Source of the DNA: Bugula neritina
Taxonomy: Eukaryota; Animalia; Bryozoa
Direction: 5' to 3'
DNA length: 64,000 nucleotides
NCBI GenBank assembly: GCA_964035545.1
Contig: OZ037772.1
Span: 5,810,689-5,874,688, forward strand
Of this stretch, positions 45,501 to 63,460 are shown in pieces. The notes below the pieces were generated by a model. That model was not told where the DNA came from. It was given only the letters and a program-made list of their open reading frames with translations, and ran no database searches. The stretch's first letter is position 1. Every line of letters starts with the position of its first letter. The position numbers and the translations under genes are program-made.

Positions 45501-48500
45501 AATTCAAGATGATATTAGTTATTGCAAATATGATATGAACATGATTTATAATCAAGCAGCTGGCAATCAAACTGACAACTACGACTGGCTGCAATTGGAC
45601 AAAAAAGAACCGGAACTTTTATTTAAACAAACGCACAGCTGAGAGCTGTTTGTATAGTTAATAAAAATGCACTCACTCACGGGAGCAGCCGTGGTCTAGG
45701 GGTTAGAGCGTTTGCCTAATAAGCACGAAGTCATGGGTTCGAGCCTCGACAGAGGCATTGGTAATGTTATAATGTTTTGATAGTTGATTCAACAGTAAAA
45801 CTGCCAGACACTACTGTTTGTGTCACACTTACAAGCTAGTTGAAGTAACAGTAAAATCAATCATTGCTCATCATAGTAGTCAACCAGTAGTTACTAACAG
45901 TCAACTAATAGTTAGAGAGACAGTTAGCCAATTAGTATACTAGCAGTCAACCAAGAGTGACAGACAAACCTTCATCTGGTAGTAACTCTGCATCTGCTGG
46001 TTTTGGTGATCCAGTCTTCTGTCAAACTCATTCTGAAGCTCTCTAATAGCATTCGACATTTCTCCTTCCCAGAACTTCCTGTTATCCTTGTAATTATCCT
46101 GTCCAATCAGAGCTTGCATCTCTTTCATCTCTTGCTCATGCAACTGCAAAGCATTTTTTTGTAAAATTTAGTAGTGGATCCATAAAAGAATTCAACATGC
46201 AAGTAAATGCAAAAATGAACTTAAAACTTAATTTAAAGAGACTCTATAAGCTCAAAATGAGAACTGTAGTTCTATTGAATAATTGATTTGATTTAGTTGA
46301 ACAATTAAGATCTTATCAGGGTATTATACAGTGTCTCCATTTCATTTCACTTAAGTTTTGATATCCAATTACTTACGTTCTTCAAGAACTCCATCTCTTC
46401 CTGCAAGGCTTGCATCTGGTTCTGGAGGTCAATGTTATTCAGCCGTTCAGCGTCTCTCTCCTGTAAAAACATAGTTATAAAGTTTGAGCTATTTTTTACT
46501 GAGATTTGCTTATTTATACTTTTTCTTGACATATGTTTATTTTTATTGAGGGAATCAATATGGATTTAAATAAATGACGCAAAATTATTCATCAATCGTG
46601 AAAACATGTTGTAAGATTAAGATATATGTTTTGGTTAGCTTACAATAATTATTCAAAACCATTTTATTTTTGTTTATCTACACCAAAAGGTATGGTAATT
46701 TTAAAACTCAAAGTCAAACTATGTTGAAATCAATTTAGTTTAGGCAGCATAGTGGTGATTTGCTGATGTTTATACCTGAATAGTTTTGAAAAGTTCATCT
46801 TGCAGTCTCTGGTGCTCTCCTTTCTCGTAGGCCAGATCTTGTTCCAGACCGTTCACTCTCCTCCTCAGCATGTTCAGCTCTGACTCATAGTCAGCCAGTT
46901 GCTGGTTCTGCCTGTTGATGGTGTCCTTATCTTGAGCTCTCAGCTTTTCCAAGTCATCCAATCTGCAACAGCAATTAATTTTTAAATTTTTTTGACTCGT
47001 CAAATCAAATTGTTTTAGAAGCAAGCAATAGATTGGTTCAATAACTTTAATTGTTGAGTTAACATATGCATTTCTTCAGAAAATTAGGGTTGGACAAATA
47101 TGCAAACTTAGGGTTTTCAAATTAAGGATTTTGCTACACTTGGTATTGAGCTGGATATAAAAGGAATGCATTTTTACTTTGTTCTTGCATTTGACAGATA
47201 ATTCATGCATTTGAGATATTTAATTTTTTTATTTAGCTTGCATTTAATTTTGAGCTCAATATAGTATAGCCGTTTTTGAAAATGTGGATAAGAAAAATTT
47301 TGTTTTTTTCTGCAGTTTTGACAACTGCTTGAGATGAATTGACATGCATCACTGATTAGGCCTGTCACATCTGCTATGTAATATAAACTTGCAGCGTTGT
47401 ATTGTCAAGTTTTCATTGAGTAAACACTGCATTATAATGTAAATATGTATTAGATCAATTTCCGTTCCATTGAGTTTTATGATGATGAAATAAATCACAC
47501 ATTAGAAAGAAAATAACCCTTAAAACAACTTCTTTATTTCTAATTTTATATCTTGAAGAATCCTAATTATACACTCACCGTCTTCGATATTCAGAAATTT
47601 GATCTTCCAGGCTTTGGATTTTCATTTCTATTCTAGCTTTTTCCTTCTCAACATCATTGTACAAATCTTTAGCTTCCTTCAACTCACTTTCATACATCTG
47701 TTTTACGACTTCAGTTTCTTTACCTGCAAGTGACACCGACTATTATAATGAAAGAGAAACATGAAGTAATAAGTATATACTTCAAGTCACAACAGCTTAA
47801 CTCGTTACTGCACCAACAATACTCTATGTCAAGTACGTACAGAACTAAAAGTATTGTACATAAGTCTGTCTACAAAACAATAACTAATTAAAAATTGCAA
47901 GGGTTAAAATGCATTTTGCTACTAAAAATATTATATTATGATTTATGAACCTGCCTTGTGACAAACTTAACATAGTTGAGGTATTTAATTAAACAAATAA
48001 TAACAACTTGATTTATTGTTATAAGGAAGTTCTATGATTTTGCTAGATACTTCCTTTTAGTAAAATAGGCGCCTGCATAGGTTCTTGTGCAATCATATAG
48101 TGCAAACCAACTTAACTATATATATTATACTTATAACTTATATTATGCAAGTTTAGATCACACTAGCTAATAAAACATATATAACTGCATGCATATAACT
48201 CACTTATAGTTTTGAAAGTTATATAGCATATAAGCCACTATCTCGGAGACATTTTCTTGCATGTTTTTATTGCATAAATTCAAATTATGTAATGAATTTA
48301 AATTGCTAGAAAACACAGGGGCTCACCACATGTTGGGAATTCTTCTCAAATAAATTAAATAAAACGAAATGTTGGAGTTACTTACCCCATTTGTTCTGCA
48401 GGTCTTTTAGCCTTTGCTCTACGGATTTGAGTTGAGCCTCCAGGAACCTGTTCTTCTCAATGTAGTTGGCAAATCTGCTGTTCAGATCCTGCATTGACTT

Positions 48501-50426
48501 CTTCTCGTTGTGTCTACTTTCCTGTATTTGCTTTGCTCCAGCTTCTGCTAGAGCTCCTGCATTTCCTGAACTGCCATCCATTGCTGACTAAAACACATTA
48601 TATTTGTATTATATAATAATATATTTTATTTTTATACAATCTTATATTATGTTATATGTTATATTATATTTTTATAATATAATTTATATTTTACATATAT
48701 TTATATATTAGATTATATATATATCATGTATTATTTTCATATATTATATTAATATAATATGTTATACCTATATAATAGTATATTTTGCATTATAATATAG
48801 TATATGAAATATATGAAATGCTATATATCATCATATCATAATATTTATATTATGTTTTATAATATAATATATTTATATAATGCAATATACTATATACAAT
48901 ATTTTATACAAAATACTGAAGTGCTATATTTTACACCCACACTTTTGAATATTCTGAAATTGGACAAATTATTGATATCAGATCTTAGCCTATTCCACAG
49001 CACATCTTACCTTACTGCCATACGAGATAGTGGTGGTTCTAATGACATTGCTGCTATTGGAGCCACTCATGGGTATTACCATACCACCCCCAGTTCTGTA
49101 CGTGGAGCTGGTTCTGGATCTCATGGTTGGACTGTAGGAAATTCCACCACCGGATTCTCCGCTTGACTCATAAGTTCTAAAAATAGCCACAATAATATCT
49201 TTAGTGTGGGTATTCTTCAATAGTCTAACAGGCTAAGTATATAAAATAAATTGTTATCAAGATAGCTAAATATGACAATAATATACTTTAGTACATTGAT
49301 ATAGGATGATTTTCTAATCACCTAAAGTACTAAATATCCAAAAGAATTGTTAGAAATTGAACATGCAAGCATAACTGTCAAAAAGATTTTGAAATTAGAG
49401 AATGGTTTATAGTCACAAAGCAGTAATGTGATAATACAATTAATAATTATAGTTTACTGCTATCACTACCTATATTTATCAAGAAAAGTACAGAATAGAA
49501 TATGTTAAATCTACCAATCTATACCAATTATTTTTTCTTTATTTAATTCCGTATTTTATTGGGTATCTTTTAGTATAATCACTCAAAATGTTTTAACAAA
49601 GCTGAATTATAATATCACCATGACAACACTTTAAATGTTGCATATTTATAGAAGTAGATTTGTTGCAAGATTGAGTTGTTACCGTGGAGACAGTCTTAGC
49701 ATACAAACCATTTGAATTGCAAAGTTAAGCTGAAGTTGGCATTGAGCCAATAATCAGTCAGCCGGAAGACTATAACGATGTATAATACTCTACTCTAGTT
49801 TACTATATACTCTTAGTTTACTTTAGCTGGGTCAATAAATATGCTACATGCATTGATAATCATAGTGCATAGGATAACCTGATGAGAAAATAGAAATCTA
49901 AACTATATAATATTATATAGAAACAACAGTGAAAGCCGACATATGATATAATCATTAATATAGTAGTTTAAGAATTTGTAATGTTTAACATAAGTGCATT
50001 TTTAATCTTTGAATTGTGAAACAACCATTAAAGCTATAGATTAAGATCAAGTTGGACTTCAATTTATTTTTCTAAGACAAATAAACTGCTTTTCCAAACA
50101 CCAAATGAGAAATTAATTTGTATAATTGGAAGCTTACGGAAGTTCAGTGATAGTTTAACAACTATATAAGTCTACGTTGTTGGGGCTTATAATTAATGGC
50201 CACAAAATAAATTAAGTCTACATTTATATTTGTTGAATAAATGGTACTATCATTAAGCTAATGTTTAAAACATCTCTGATATACAGTAAGAATTTTTATT
50301 TTTTAGCAATTGTTTGCAAACAAACAGATTTAAATTTGCCATTGTTTACCAAACAATCTCCAATTAAGATACAAAGAATATTTTAAGTTTACTCTACCTT
50401 GTGGTTTTAGTAGTTTTCACTGACAT
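42507..50426 (-). CDS. Cytoplasmic intermediate filament protein with lamin-tail domain (invertebrate neurofilament / NF70-like, ~612 aa, 13 exons)
   Basis: Exons 50426-50398, 49176-49011, 48587-48386, 47723-47579, 46962-46776, 46460-46377, 46143-45970, 45326-45150, 44845-44676, 44381-44266, 43737-43577, 43263-43078, 42548-42507 (1839 nt, phases consistent). Rod start EKKSMQDLNSRFANYIEKNRFLEAQ; rod end KLSLELEIAAYRKLLEVEENR; LTD SAKGPLAI...IGGWRISRKVD...WGTGGQVVTTLVNPSGEDKATH. No CaaX and no obvious NLS, so not a lamin. Confidence 0.93.
45681..45770 (+). mobile_element. SINE family 2, 5' portion
   Basis: gggagcagccgtggtctaggggttagagcgtttgcctaataagcacgaagtcatgggttcgagcc, in an IF intron; another partial copy at ~35625-35810. 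Confidence 0.65.
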
Positions 50427-50529
50427 CTTTCTGTTTCAGCTTTTATCCCTTCAGTATTTGAAGAACTCTTTTAGGTTGTGCAGCACAAAGAACTTCTGCA
50501 GTTAAATACACAACTGCTGAACTGACAGT

Positions 50530-50565
50530 GGTTTATATACACTCATTCACAGACTATGATTGGTC
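50530..50565 (-). promoter_or_regulatory. Putative core promoter of the IF gene (CCAAT + TATATAAA)
   Basis: On the minus strand, CCAAT at ~50563-50559 and TATATAAA at 50539-50532, about 105 nt upstream of the ATG at 50426; an AP-1-like TGAGTCA lies at ~50650. Confidence 0.45.
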
Positions 50566-51060
50566 AGATGAGTAAATTCTTTCACATGCCTTCTTAATGC
50601 TAAGGGATATCCTAACAAATTGCTCTTACATCACGTTGTGCCAGTGTCATGAGTCACTTAGCAAGCACCTTGCACTTACTTGTTTCTCATTGTTAAAGTA
50701 TGCTTTGGCTGTCTTTAGTAGGAAGTTTTAGTCATTATTGAGGTCAAAGGTTAATCTAACCTGCTGTAAAATAAATTGATTCAAATACATGGACTTTAGC
50801 TTAGCATCTGCTTACTTTGTTGCATTAGCTGTAAAACAAACACAAACATACACACACCACACACAAAATAACACACACACAAAATAACACACACACAAAC
50901 ACACACCACACACCACGCACACACGCACACACACACACACACACGCACACACGCACACACACCCACACACACAAGTTCATACACACAAACGCATACACAC
51001 ACACACCACACATAAAATAACACACTCACACAAAATAAAACACACACAAACACACACACG

Positions 51061-51097
<37 letters not shown>

Positions 51098-51103
51098 ACA
51101 CAG

Positions 51104-51249
<146 letters not shown>

Positions 51250-54050
51250 ATATACATTTTGTGCATTTACATTATTAACATGTATGCATGCAATGACAAC
51301 TAAATTAAATATTAATTTCTAGTAGCTTGTAAAATATATAAAGAATTCAGTTTTTTTATTCTGCTGTTATAATCTTTCTTCAATACGGTGTGAAAGCTTT
51401 TATATATGTTATGTAATATAAAAAGTTGAACTATATTTATTAAATACCTAAATGTAACTTCATTATATGAAAGGTGGAAAGGAAAACGGATATTGATAAG
51501 TTTGAAGCCCTATATAGATGTTATGGCAAGTCTAAAACTTACCTATTTACTTATAAACATTCTATTCTTTTGCTTGCCTGATTTAATTCATTTCTATTAT
51601 ATTCTGCTTTAGATATTTTAGCTGTTGGATTATTTATTTTGTAATTATAATTGCAGTATTTCACTACCTAATTATAACAAACTAACTATATATACCAGTG
51701 CTTTGAGGTTTTAAAAAATGCCATAATTTTGTTGTATGACTTGTTTAGCTGCTAAAGCATTTACCCTCTATTAGTCACTGCATACACACAGCACGATGTG
51801 TAACCTATACTATTGTGATTAACATACAAGTTAATTGGTTGGTATTAATAATGTTTAAATATTCAACACACAAAAATACTTGCATTTCCATGACGATAAT
51901 TGTTGTGAATAATTCATTTCCTTTTTACTAATATTTGCTTAGTGATTCAATCACAACTTGGATATTAATTTGCTACTTGAATGACAAACAGCAACAGCAT
52001 TTCGTTGTCAGGTAAATGCTGACGTCAACATAATAACCTGTACATTGCTGATGGCTATTTATATTGCTGAATTGCTGATTTTATGAAATCTGATATCCAG
52101 TGTGAAATATTTGAGGCCTGACAATGATGTCTTGACTTTTTCACTTGTACATGCTGTCATTAGTGCAGTGAATGTGCTGCCAAGATTCCCTCAGTCACTT
52201 AACTATCTATAGTTTCTCAGCCATGCATAAATCATGAAAATTATTTTCTGCTAATGCAGCAGCAGTTAAAACACTATAATAGAAATTTTACCTACAATCC
52301 TGTTCTTTCGGCTAGTACTCCTATTTCCTAATGTGACCTTTAACCTTGCTAGTTATGCTGCTTTGTAACTGATGCTTTAATAATTGGTAATATTTGTAGT
52401 GCAGTGGTCTCTGTGGTGCAATGCTGGAGGTCTCGGGTTTGAGTCACAGTTGGGACAATTATTTTGCATAGGTATATTCACTAAGTAAAGCTAATCCATT
52501 GCAGCGTTCATTTCCATAACTCAAAGTAATAGAACCACAATTAGTATTATTGTCAAGGCTTTACAACTTTATCTGTTTCAAGTAACCTTTTTGGTTATAT
52601 TTATGCGTTTGTATTAAGTCATTCAGTAAGGTCATCTAATTACCATCCTGCATAGGAAATGAATATAAACACCTAATTTATGACACCTACACCATACACT
52701 TCATTGTGTTCAAGATGTTACTGAAGAGTATTATATACAAGTAATCATATATTATTTACGGAGAGGCGCCGGTTTGAATAAAATAAAAGCAATTAAAATT
52801 AACTTGTTGTTGAATATATAAAAATTTGCTTCAATAAGACACTAGAAAAAGTTAGTTTTGCCGAACCATGTGTCAATGCATCCGTTTGTAATAATCCATT
52901 TGTAAATACTAAAAACCGCTAGTAATCTCAAGTTTAACAAGCCGTTGACAAACTAATTGATGATATCTCAGGAAGGTTGTATAATACCGTTGAAGTATTT
53001 AGCAAAAATAACCTGGTTGTCATAGCAACTGTATAACGATTAAGTACAATGTAGATAGTTTAATGAGCCGTGCGGAGCAAGCCGGCCTATTAGTCAGGTT
53101 TATCAATTGGAATCACACATAATAGTTAATTTCAAAAACAAAATAGTGTATGCAACAAAATTGTTGCCGTGGAGATGAAGATGCAATGAATTTATTATCA
53201 GACTAAAAGTTTTGCTTGCAGTTAGTAAACTTATAATGATTGAAAGCAGAAGATTTACAAACTGTAAACTGGAATAAAAGAAAAATGAAAGTTGCTCTAT
53301 TAGGTAGAAAATATGTTTTGTTCGAAAACCATTTGCATGATACAGGTTAAGTTGAGGCAATCCCCGAATTCTGTCATTAAAGCAGTTGATGATTTGCAGT
53401 TGCAAATAAACAGTAAAGTTTGTTTCCTTTTGCCTATCTGGTTACACACTCAATACTAGTTTGCGACTATCTATCACATTTTAGGAGCTCATGCAGTATA
53501 CGTTTTTGTGCTTTTAGTTAATACAACATTGACAAATAAAACTTATCAGTTGAGTTGTTTCCTATATAAGGTTTTTTAGGGAAAAAGCATAAAACTTTTG
53601 CTGGTTTCACTATATAGGCCTATGTATGTTTAGAATCAGCACATAAAATTACTTCATAGAATATAGAAAATTTTAATAATTTGGGCAAACATTAGTTTTT
53701 TTGTCTAAATTTGCTGGTGTGCACTAACAATTAAGTAAGATGGTACATGTATTAATTTAGAAAATGGGTCACTGCCAATAAAGTCAAAAGTGTATAACAG
53801 AAAGATTTTAAATATTTATATCATATATAAGTCTTATAATATAAGTTTTGTCTGCAATAAGTGTGTGTATTTATAGAATTATCATTGAAATAAAAGGATA
53901 TTTTATTCATTGCAGTCCATGAACTTTTCTGCTCTAGTATAACTTTAAACATTCATATGCGTCATGACATTTGATTTCAAGAACTCAAAATAGCAGCATT
54001 CTGTAACATATATAGTTACACCGATTCTGGACAACTATCAGCTGTGTAGT

Positions 54051-54150
54051 GATGAGTTTACCCAGTAGTCCCCGTATTGTAATGGTTAGCACACTTGCTT
54101 GCAAGCCAGAGGTCTCGGGTTCGATTCCCAGTGGGAGCAATTATTTTTTA
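54051..54150 (+). mobile_element. tRNA(Ala, TGC)-like SINE family 1 (best copy)
   Basis: A-box-like tattgtaatggttagc, anticodon-like ttTGCaa, B-box gggttcgattccc, T-run end; acceptor stem broken. Other copies (+) at ~6869-6950, 16221-16310, 16421-16507, 36597-36760, 37910-38100, 52400-52465, 62983-63078. Confidence 0.7.
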
Positions 54151-54854
54151 AACTGTGCTTTTTGCGCTGTTTTGCTCTCTGTTTACGCAGTGAGTCAGCT
54201 ATTTGCATTAGTTTTGCTAACTTCTGCTGCAGAATTTTGCAAAATTACTGGTATAGTATACCATTTGCATCAAATTAGCTGCTTTATTCCATGAGGTAAA
54301 AAAATTGAATTCTTACAACTTGTTATTATGAAAGTTTACTGTAAATTATATTTTATCTAAAAACTGTTGGTTTAATTTGCTGCTTGCACTTTTTAGCGAC
54401 ATTATTGCAATATGTGTTCAAAGCTTTCTATTTCATTTAAATTTTTACAATATTCCACTTGTTCTGATGAATATCGCTTGCAAAACATTATCAAGCTACA
54501 AAAGCTTTCCTTATGCTAATCAGTATGTGTAACCATGGAAACAAAGTTATAAACAAATTAACACAAGCTAGCTATAAATGACATTGTATTAGGAGTAAAA
54601 ATGGATAATTATTAGTAATCCATCGTGCAAAGGAAGTAGGAGCTATAGGAGCTGTTGATATTATTTAATTTTTTTCTTGTGAAAAAACAGTAAAAATCAA
54701 TTATAGTTTTATAAATAAGAACAAAACATTAATTTCAAAGTGTTGTTTCAGTTCAAAAGGTTATTAAATGTTACATATGCACAAAAAGAGCAGTACACGC
54801 ATGCATATATACATTTATCATATATATATATATATCTATATATATCTATATATA

Positions 54855-54931
<77 letters not shown>

Positions 54932-54940
54932 GCCATGGTA

Positions 54941-54998
54941 CTCTGTTCTGTGCTGATGAGGGGACAAATCCCGAAACAGCTGCTGTCCACAGATTGAG
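54941..54998 (+). ncRNA. Type I hammerhead ribozyme (complete canonical core)
   Basis: Stem I tctgtg (54947-52) / cacaga (54988-93); core CTGATGA (54953-59); stem II gggg-acaaa-tccc; GAAA (54973-76); stem III acag-ctg-ctgt; cleavage triplet GTC (C54987); distal ctc/gag pairing gives an internal loop in stem I. Confidence 0.85.
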
Positions 54999-55001
54999 AT
55001 G

Positions 55002-55065
<64 letters not shown>

Positions 55066-55128
55066 TATATATATTTGGTATTGATACAATTTTGGATATA
55101 AAATAAACTTATATTTTCATTTTTCGAC

Positions 55129-55215
<87 letters not shown>

Positions 55216-55302
55216 AAATATATCTTTACGAGCTAGCAATTTGATTCTAAATAGGTATACGAGAAACATTGTTATTTATTACTTTATTAGGTAAAGTAAT
55301 TA

Positions 55303-55342
55303 CACTGATATTTCGGGTTCCACTGTACCCATCTTCAGAGTA
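55303..55342 (-). ncRNA. Minimal Penelope-type hammerhead ribozyme motif
   Basis: Minus strand reads tact CTGAAGA t gggt-acagtgga-accc GAAA ta TC agtg, followed by AATAAA ~17 nt later; the palindromic vestigial stem III (ATAT) is typical of PLE hammerheads. Confidence 0.7.
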
Positions 55343-55431
55343 GCAATGAATGAAATTCAAAAATTATTATGTTAGGTTAGACGTTATGCATGACACAAAG
55401 AATAGAGAGTGACAGTGAGAGTGTTAACCTT

Positions 55432-55478
55432 TTATCTGAAGATTGTGTACATTCTATTGCACACGAAACTAGTAGTAA
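55432..55478 (+). ncRNA. Minimal Penelope-type hammerhead ribozyme motif
   Basis: ttat CTGAAGA t tgtgta-cattctat-tgcaca c GAAA ctag TA gtaa, then AATAAA; palindromic ACTAGT stem III, GTA triplet; stem II closing pair is irregular. Confidence 0.65.
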
Positions 55479-55570
55479 TAAAGTGTTTTAAATCAAATTT
55501 TAGCGTTCATTACTTTTATTTACTCTGCTCTGCACAGCATTGAGCTCTCTTTAGTGGTAAACTATACACC

Positions 55571-55646
<76 letters not shown>

Positions 55647-55850
55647 TATATACATATATGTATACATATATATATATATAGACTGAACCTTATTTGCAGC
55701 TAACTCACATTAAGGTGAAGCATTTTAGAAGAAGACAGCAAGAATTTAAACTTATTTCAATAATTGAAAACTGTTACAGTTCCAACAATGAGTTTTTTAA
55801 ATTTCGTATCATATTGTGTGCTGTTGAGTGAAATTGAATGTGGTAATAAA

Positions 55851-61226
<5,376 letters not shown>

Positions 61227-62982
61227 TACAGATTCTAGAAATGGAGTGACAACACATTTTAAAGTGACCGCTAAATTTTTTAAAAAAATTTTTTCAGCAT
61301 AATATATTCAGACTTATAGCTAAAGTAAATAAAATATGGTTTGAATATTAGAACTAAATGTTACTGTTTTGTCTCTGCATTCATCTGTTGTTGTTTTTCT
61401 AATTTAAATACGAAATAGTTTTTACCCATGAGCTGTGCTTTTTTCAACTTCAAATATGTCAAAAACAACGCTATAACTATTTTTATTGTTATTCCAACCA
61501 ATACCATACATATTTTAGACACTTGTATTATATATATAAATATTACAAACTATGTGCATTTTAAATATTTATGTCGAAGTCTAATTTTTAGCTGCTGACG
61601 AATATTTTATTGAACCAATTATATCTGAAAGCGCCCTATATACCATAATAAAAATATAACATCTTTCTTACAGCTAGGTTTTACTGACTGCACTTACAGT
61701 TAGTGTATAATTTAAATCCAGTAGATTTTTAAGCTGTAAAGATCCAACAATAAAGAAAAGAAAGCTTGTTCTATCCTCAGGTAGACATTTTTAATATATT
61801 TGCAAAGCAATTGATACAGGTTGTTGTGCTGAGGTGATTTCCGTTATATCTGTATGTAAAATAACTGCATGGTGAGGTAAATATCGGTTGTTTAAAAAAG
61901 GGACTTTTGTCAAAGAGAAATATAAGATGTTACTTGTAAAGTAAACCATTTCTAACAAAAAATCTAATTGATTATTTACCTGTATTCAAAGTAGTCCATG
62001 TAACAAATATGTATTTTTATGATTATTTCTAAAACGCTTTGCTTTAGATGATTTGCAGAATTCAAATCAAGGACTCAGAACTTTAATACAATCTACTATA
62101 TTGAAGCCAACTTTCATGACGATGCCTCTTGCCCTGTGTCAATTTCGATAAGTATGTTATAGCTAATAAAATATTTGTGTCAATTCTGCATGGTTTGCCA
62201 AATTGTGTTAGTTCATCGCCATTTGAAACAAAAGTAGAAATCACGGAAAGTTTATGTGTAACCATAGAAACAAAATTATAAATGACCAAAATCAGGTTAT
62301 TCCACTGGATTACATTGTATTGAGATGGAGCGGCTAAAAGTAGTAGTTCATCAAGTATAGGAAGTAACAGCTGTTATTATCCAAATATATTTGGCGTTAG
62401 GTGAAAAAGTTAACCATACTGCAAGTAGCAAGCACTACATAAGGCTACAATTAACTCAACAGTGGGACAGGAAGCAACTATTTCGATCCCAAATCATCAC
62501 TATAAATTAAAAAACAATAACTTTACTTCATCACAAAACATCAAGACAGTGTTAGCATGAGAGCCTTTTGGCTAAATGTGCACAGCTCACAAGTCCTTTA
62601 GTTGAGAAACTTTAGCGAAATATCTCTTAGCCACTCTTAAAAGCAATTCGATATGGAGAAACATTAATTCCTTCTACAACAGTAGTTGACTCAAAGTCGA
62701 ATTTATAAAGGGAGCGGGTAAAGACGCCATCATTACCGGTAGTCTTATCAAAAGTGAAGCCAGCACAACTTTCTTGTCTCTGACACAAAAGAGCGCAGAT
62801 GACCTTGTCAGTCTCCAGGCTAGTTGAAATTTCAATCACCTTTGAAGTCATGTTCTTTACACCGAAGAAAGTTTCATGATGTTGGCTGGAAGCTAAGAAA
62901 GATATATACTTTTTAGATAAAGTAACAAAAATCAGAACAAACATACCTGAATAAAATCAAGTGGGCTTTTTGTATGTAGTAT

Positions 62983-63078
62983 TGAGTTAACCCAGCAGTA
63001 CCCGTAGTGTATTGGTTAGCACACTTGCTTGCAAGCTAGATGTTTCGGGTTCGATTCCCAGTTGGGGCAACTATTTTA
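62983..63078 (+). mobile_element. SINE family 1 copy
   Basis: gagttaacccagcagtacccgtagtgtattggttagcacacttgcttgcaagctag...gggttcgattcccagttggggcaactatttt, closely similar to 54051-54150. Confidence 0.7.
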
Positions 63079-63284
63079 CATTGAACTTGACTGATTTAGT
63101 TTCAGTTTCCCGTATGCTTCTCAAGCTATTTTATTTCTATAAAAGTTGATGTTTTTGAAAGAAACTAGTAGTATTATATGCTAGCATTAAAGTTTGGTAG
63201 TTGCAGACATAAGGAATCAAGAACTATCTTTTTCCTTTTCATATACTATATCTCAAAACTCACTCTAGTCTATATAGTCACCAT

Positions 63285-63460
63285 TCATGTGAGAAACCAC
63301 TGATAGAAAGAGTTTTTGTTGAAGCATAGTTTTGACTTGTTTTAAATGAGGCACAGAATCAATTGTGACTAGATGCTCTTCATAACATCACCAGTGGCCT
63401 TGGTCCGGGCTCAACCCCATGACCTAGTGTTAACTAGGCAAACGCTTTAACCCCTAGACA
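63285..63460 (-). mobile_element. SINE family 2 copy
   Basis: Reverse complement of family 2. Confidence 0.6.

Noticed and set aside
49006-49016. Tandem donor GTAAGGTAAG in IF exon 2 as alternative splicing
   Set aside because: The upstream donor shifts the frame by 5 nt; only the 49011 site fits the phase-0 acceptor.
42507-50426. Nuclear lamin
   Set aside because: No C-terminal CaaX (ends QKTSYTQ) and no basic NLS between rod and tail; fits a protostome cytoplasmic IF.
54068-54140. Possible functional tRNA-Ala(TGC) gene (and Thr-like heads of SINE family 2)
   Set aside because: Acceptor and anticodon stems are mismatched, and many degenerate dispersed copies share non-tRNA flanks; SINEs, not tRNAs.
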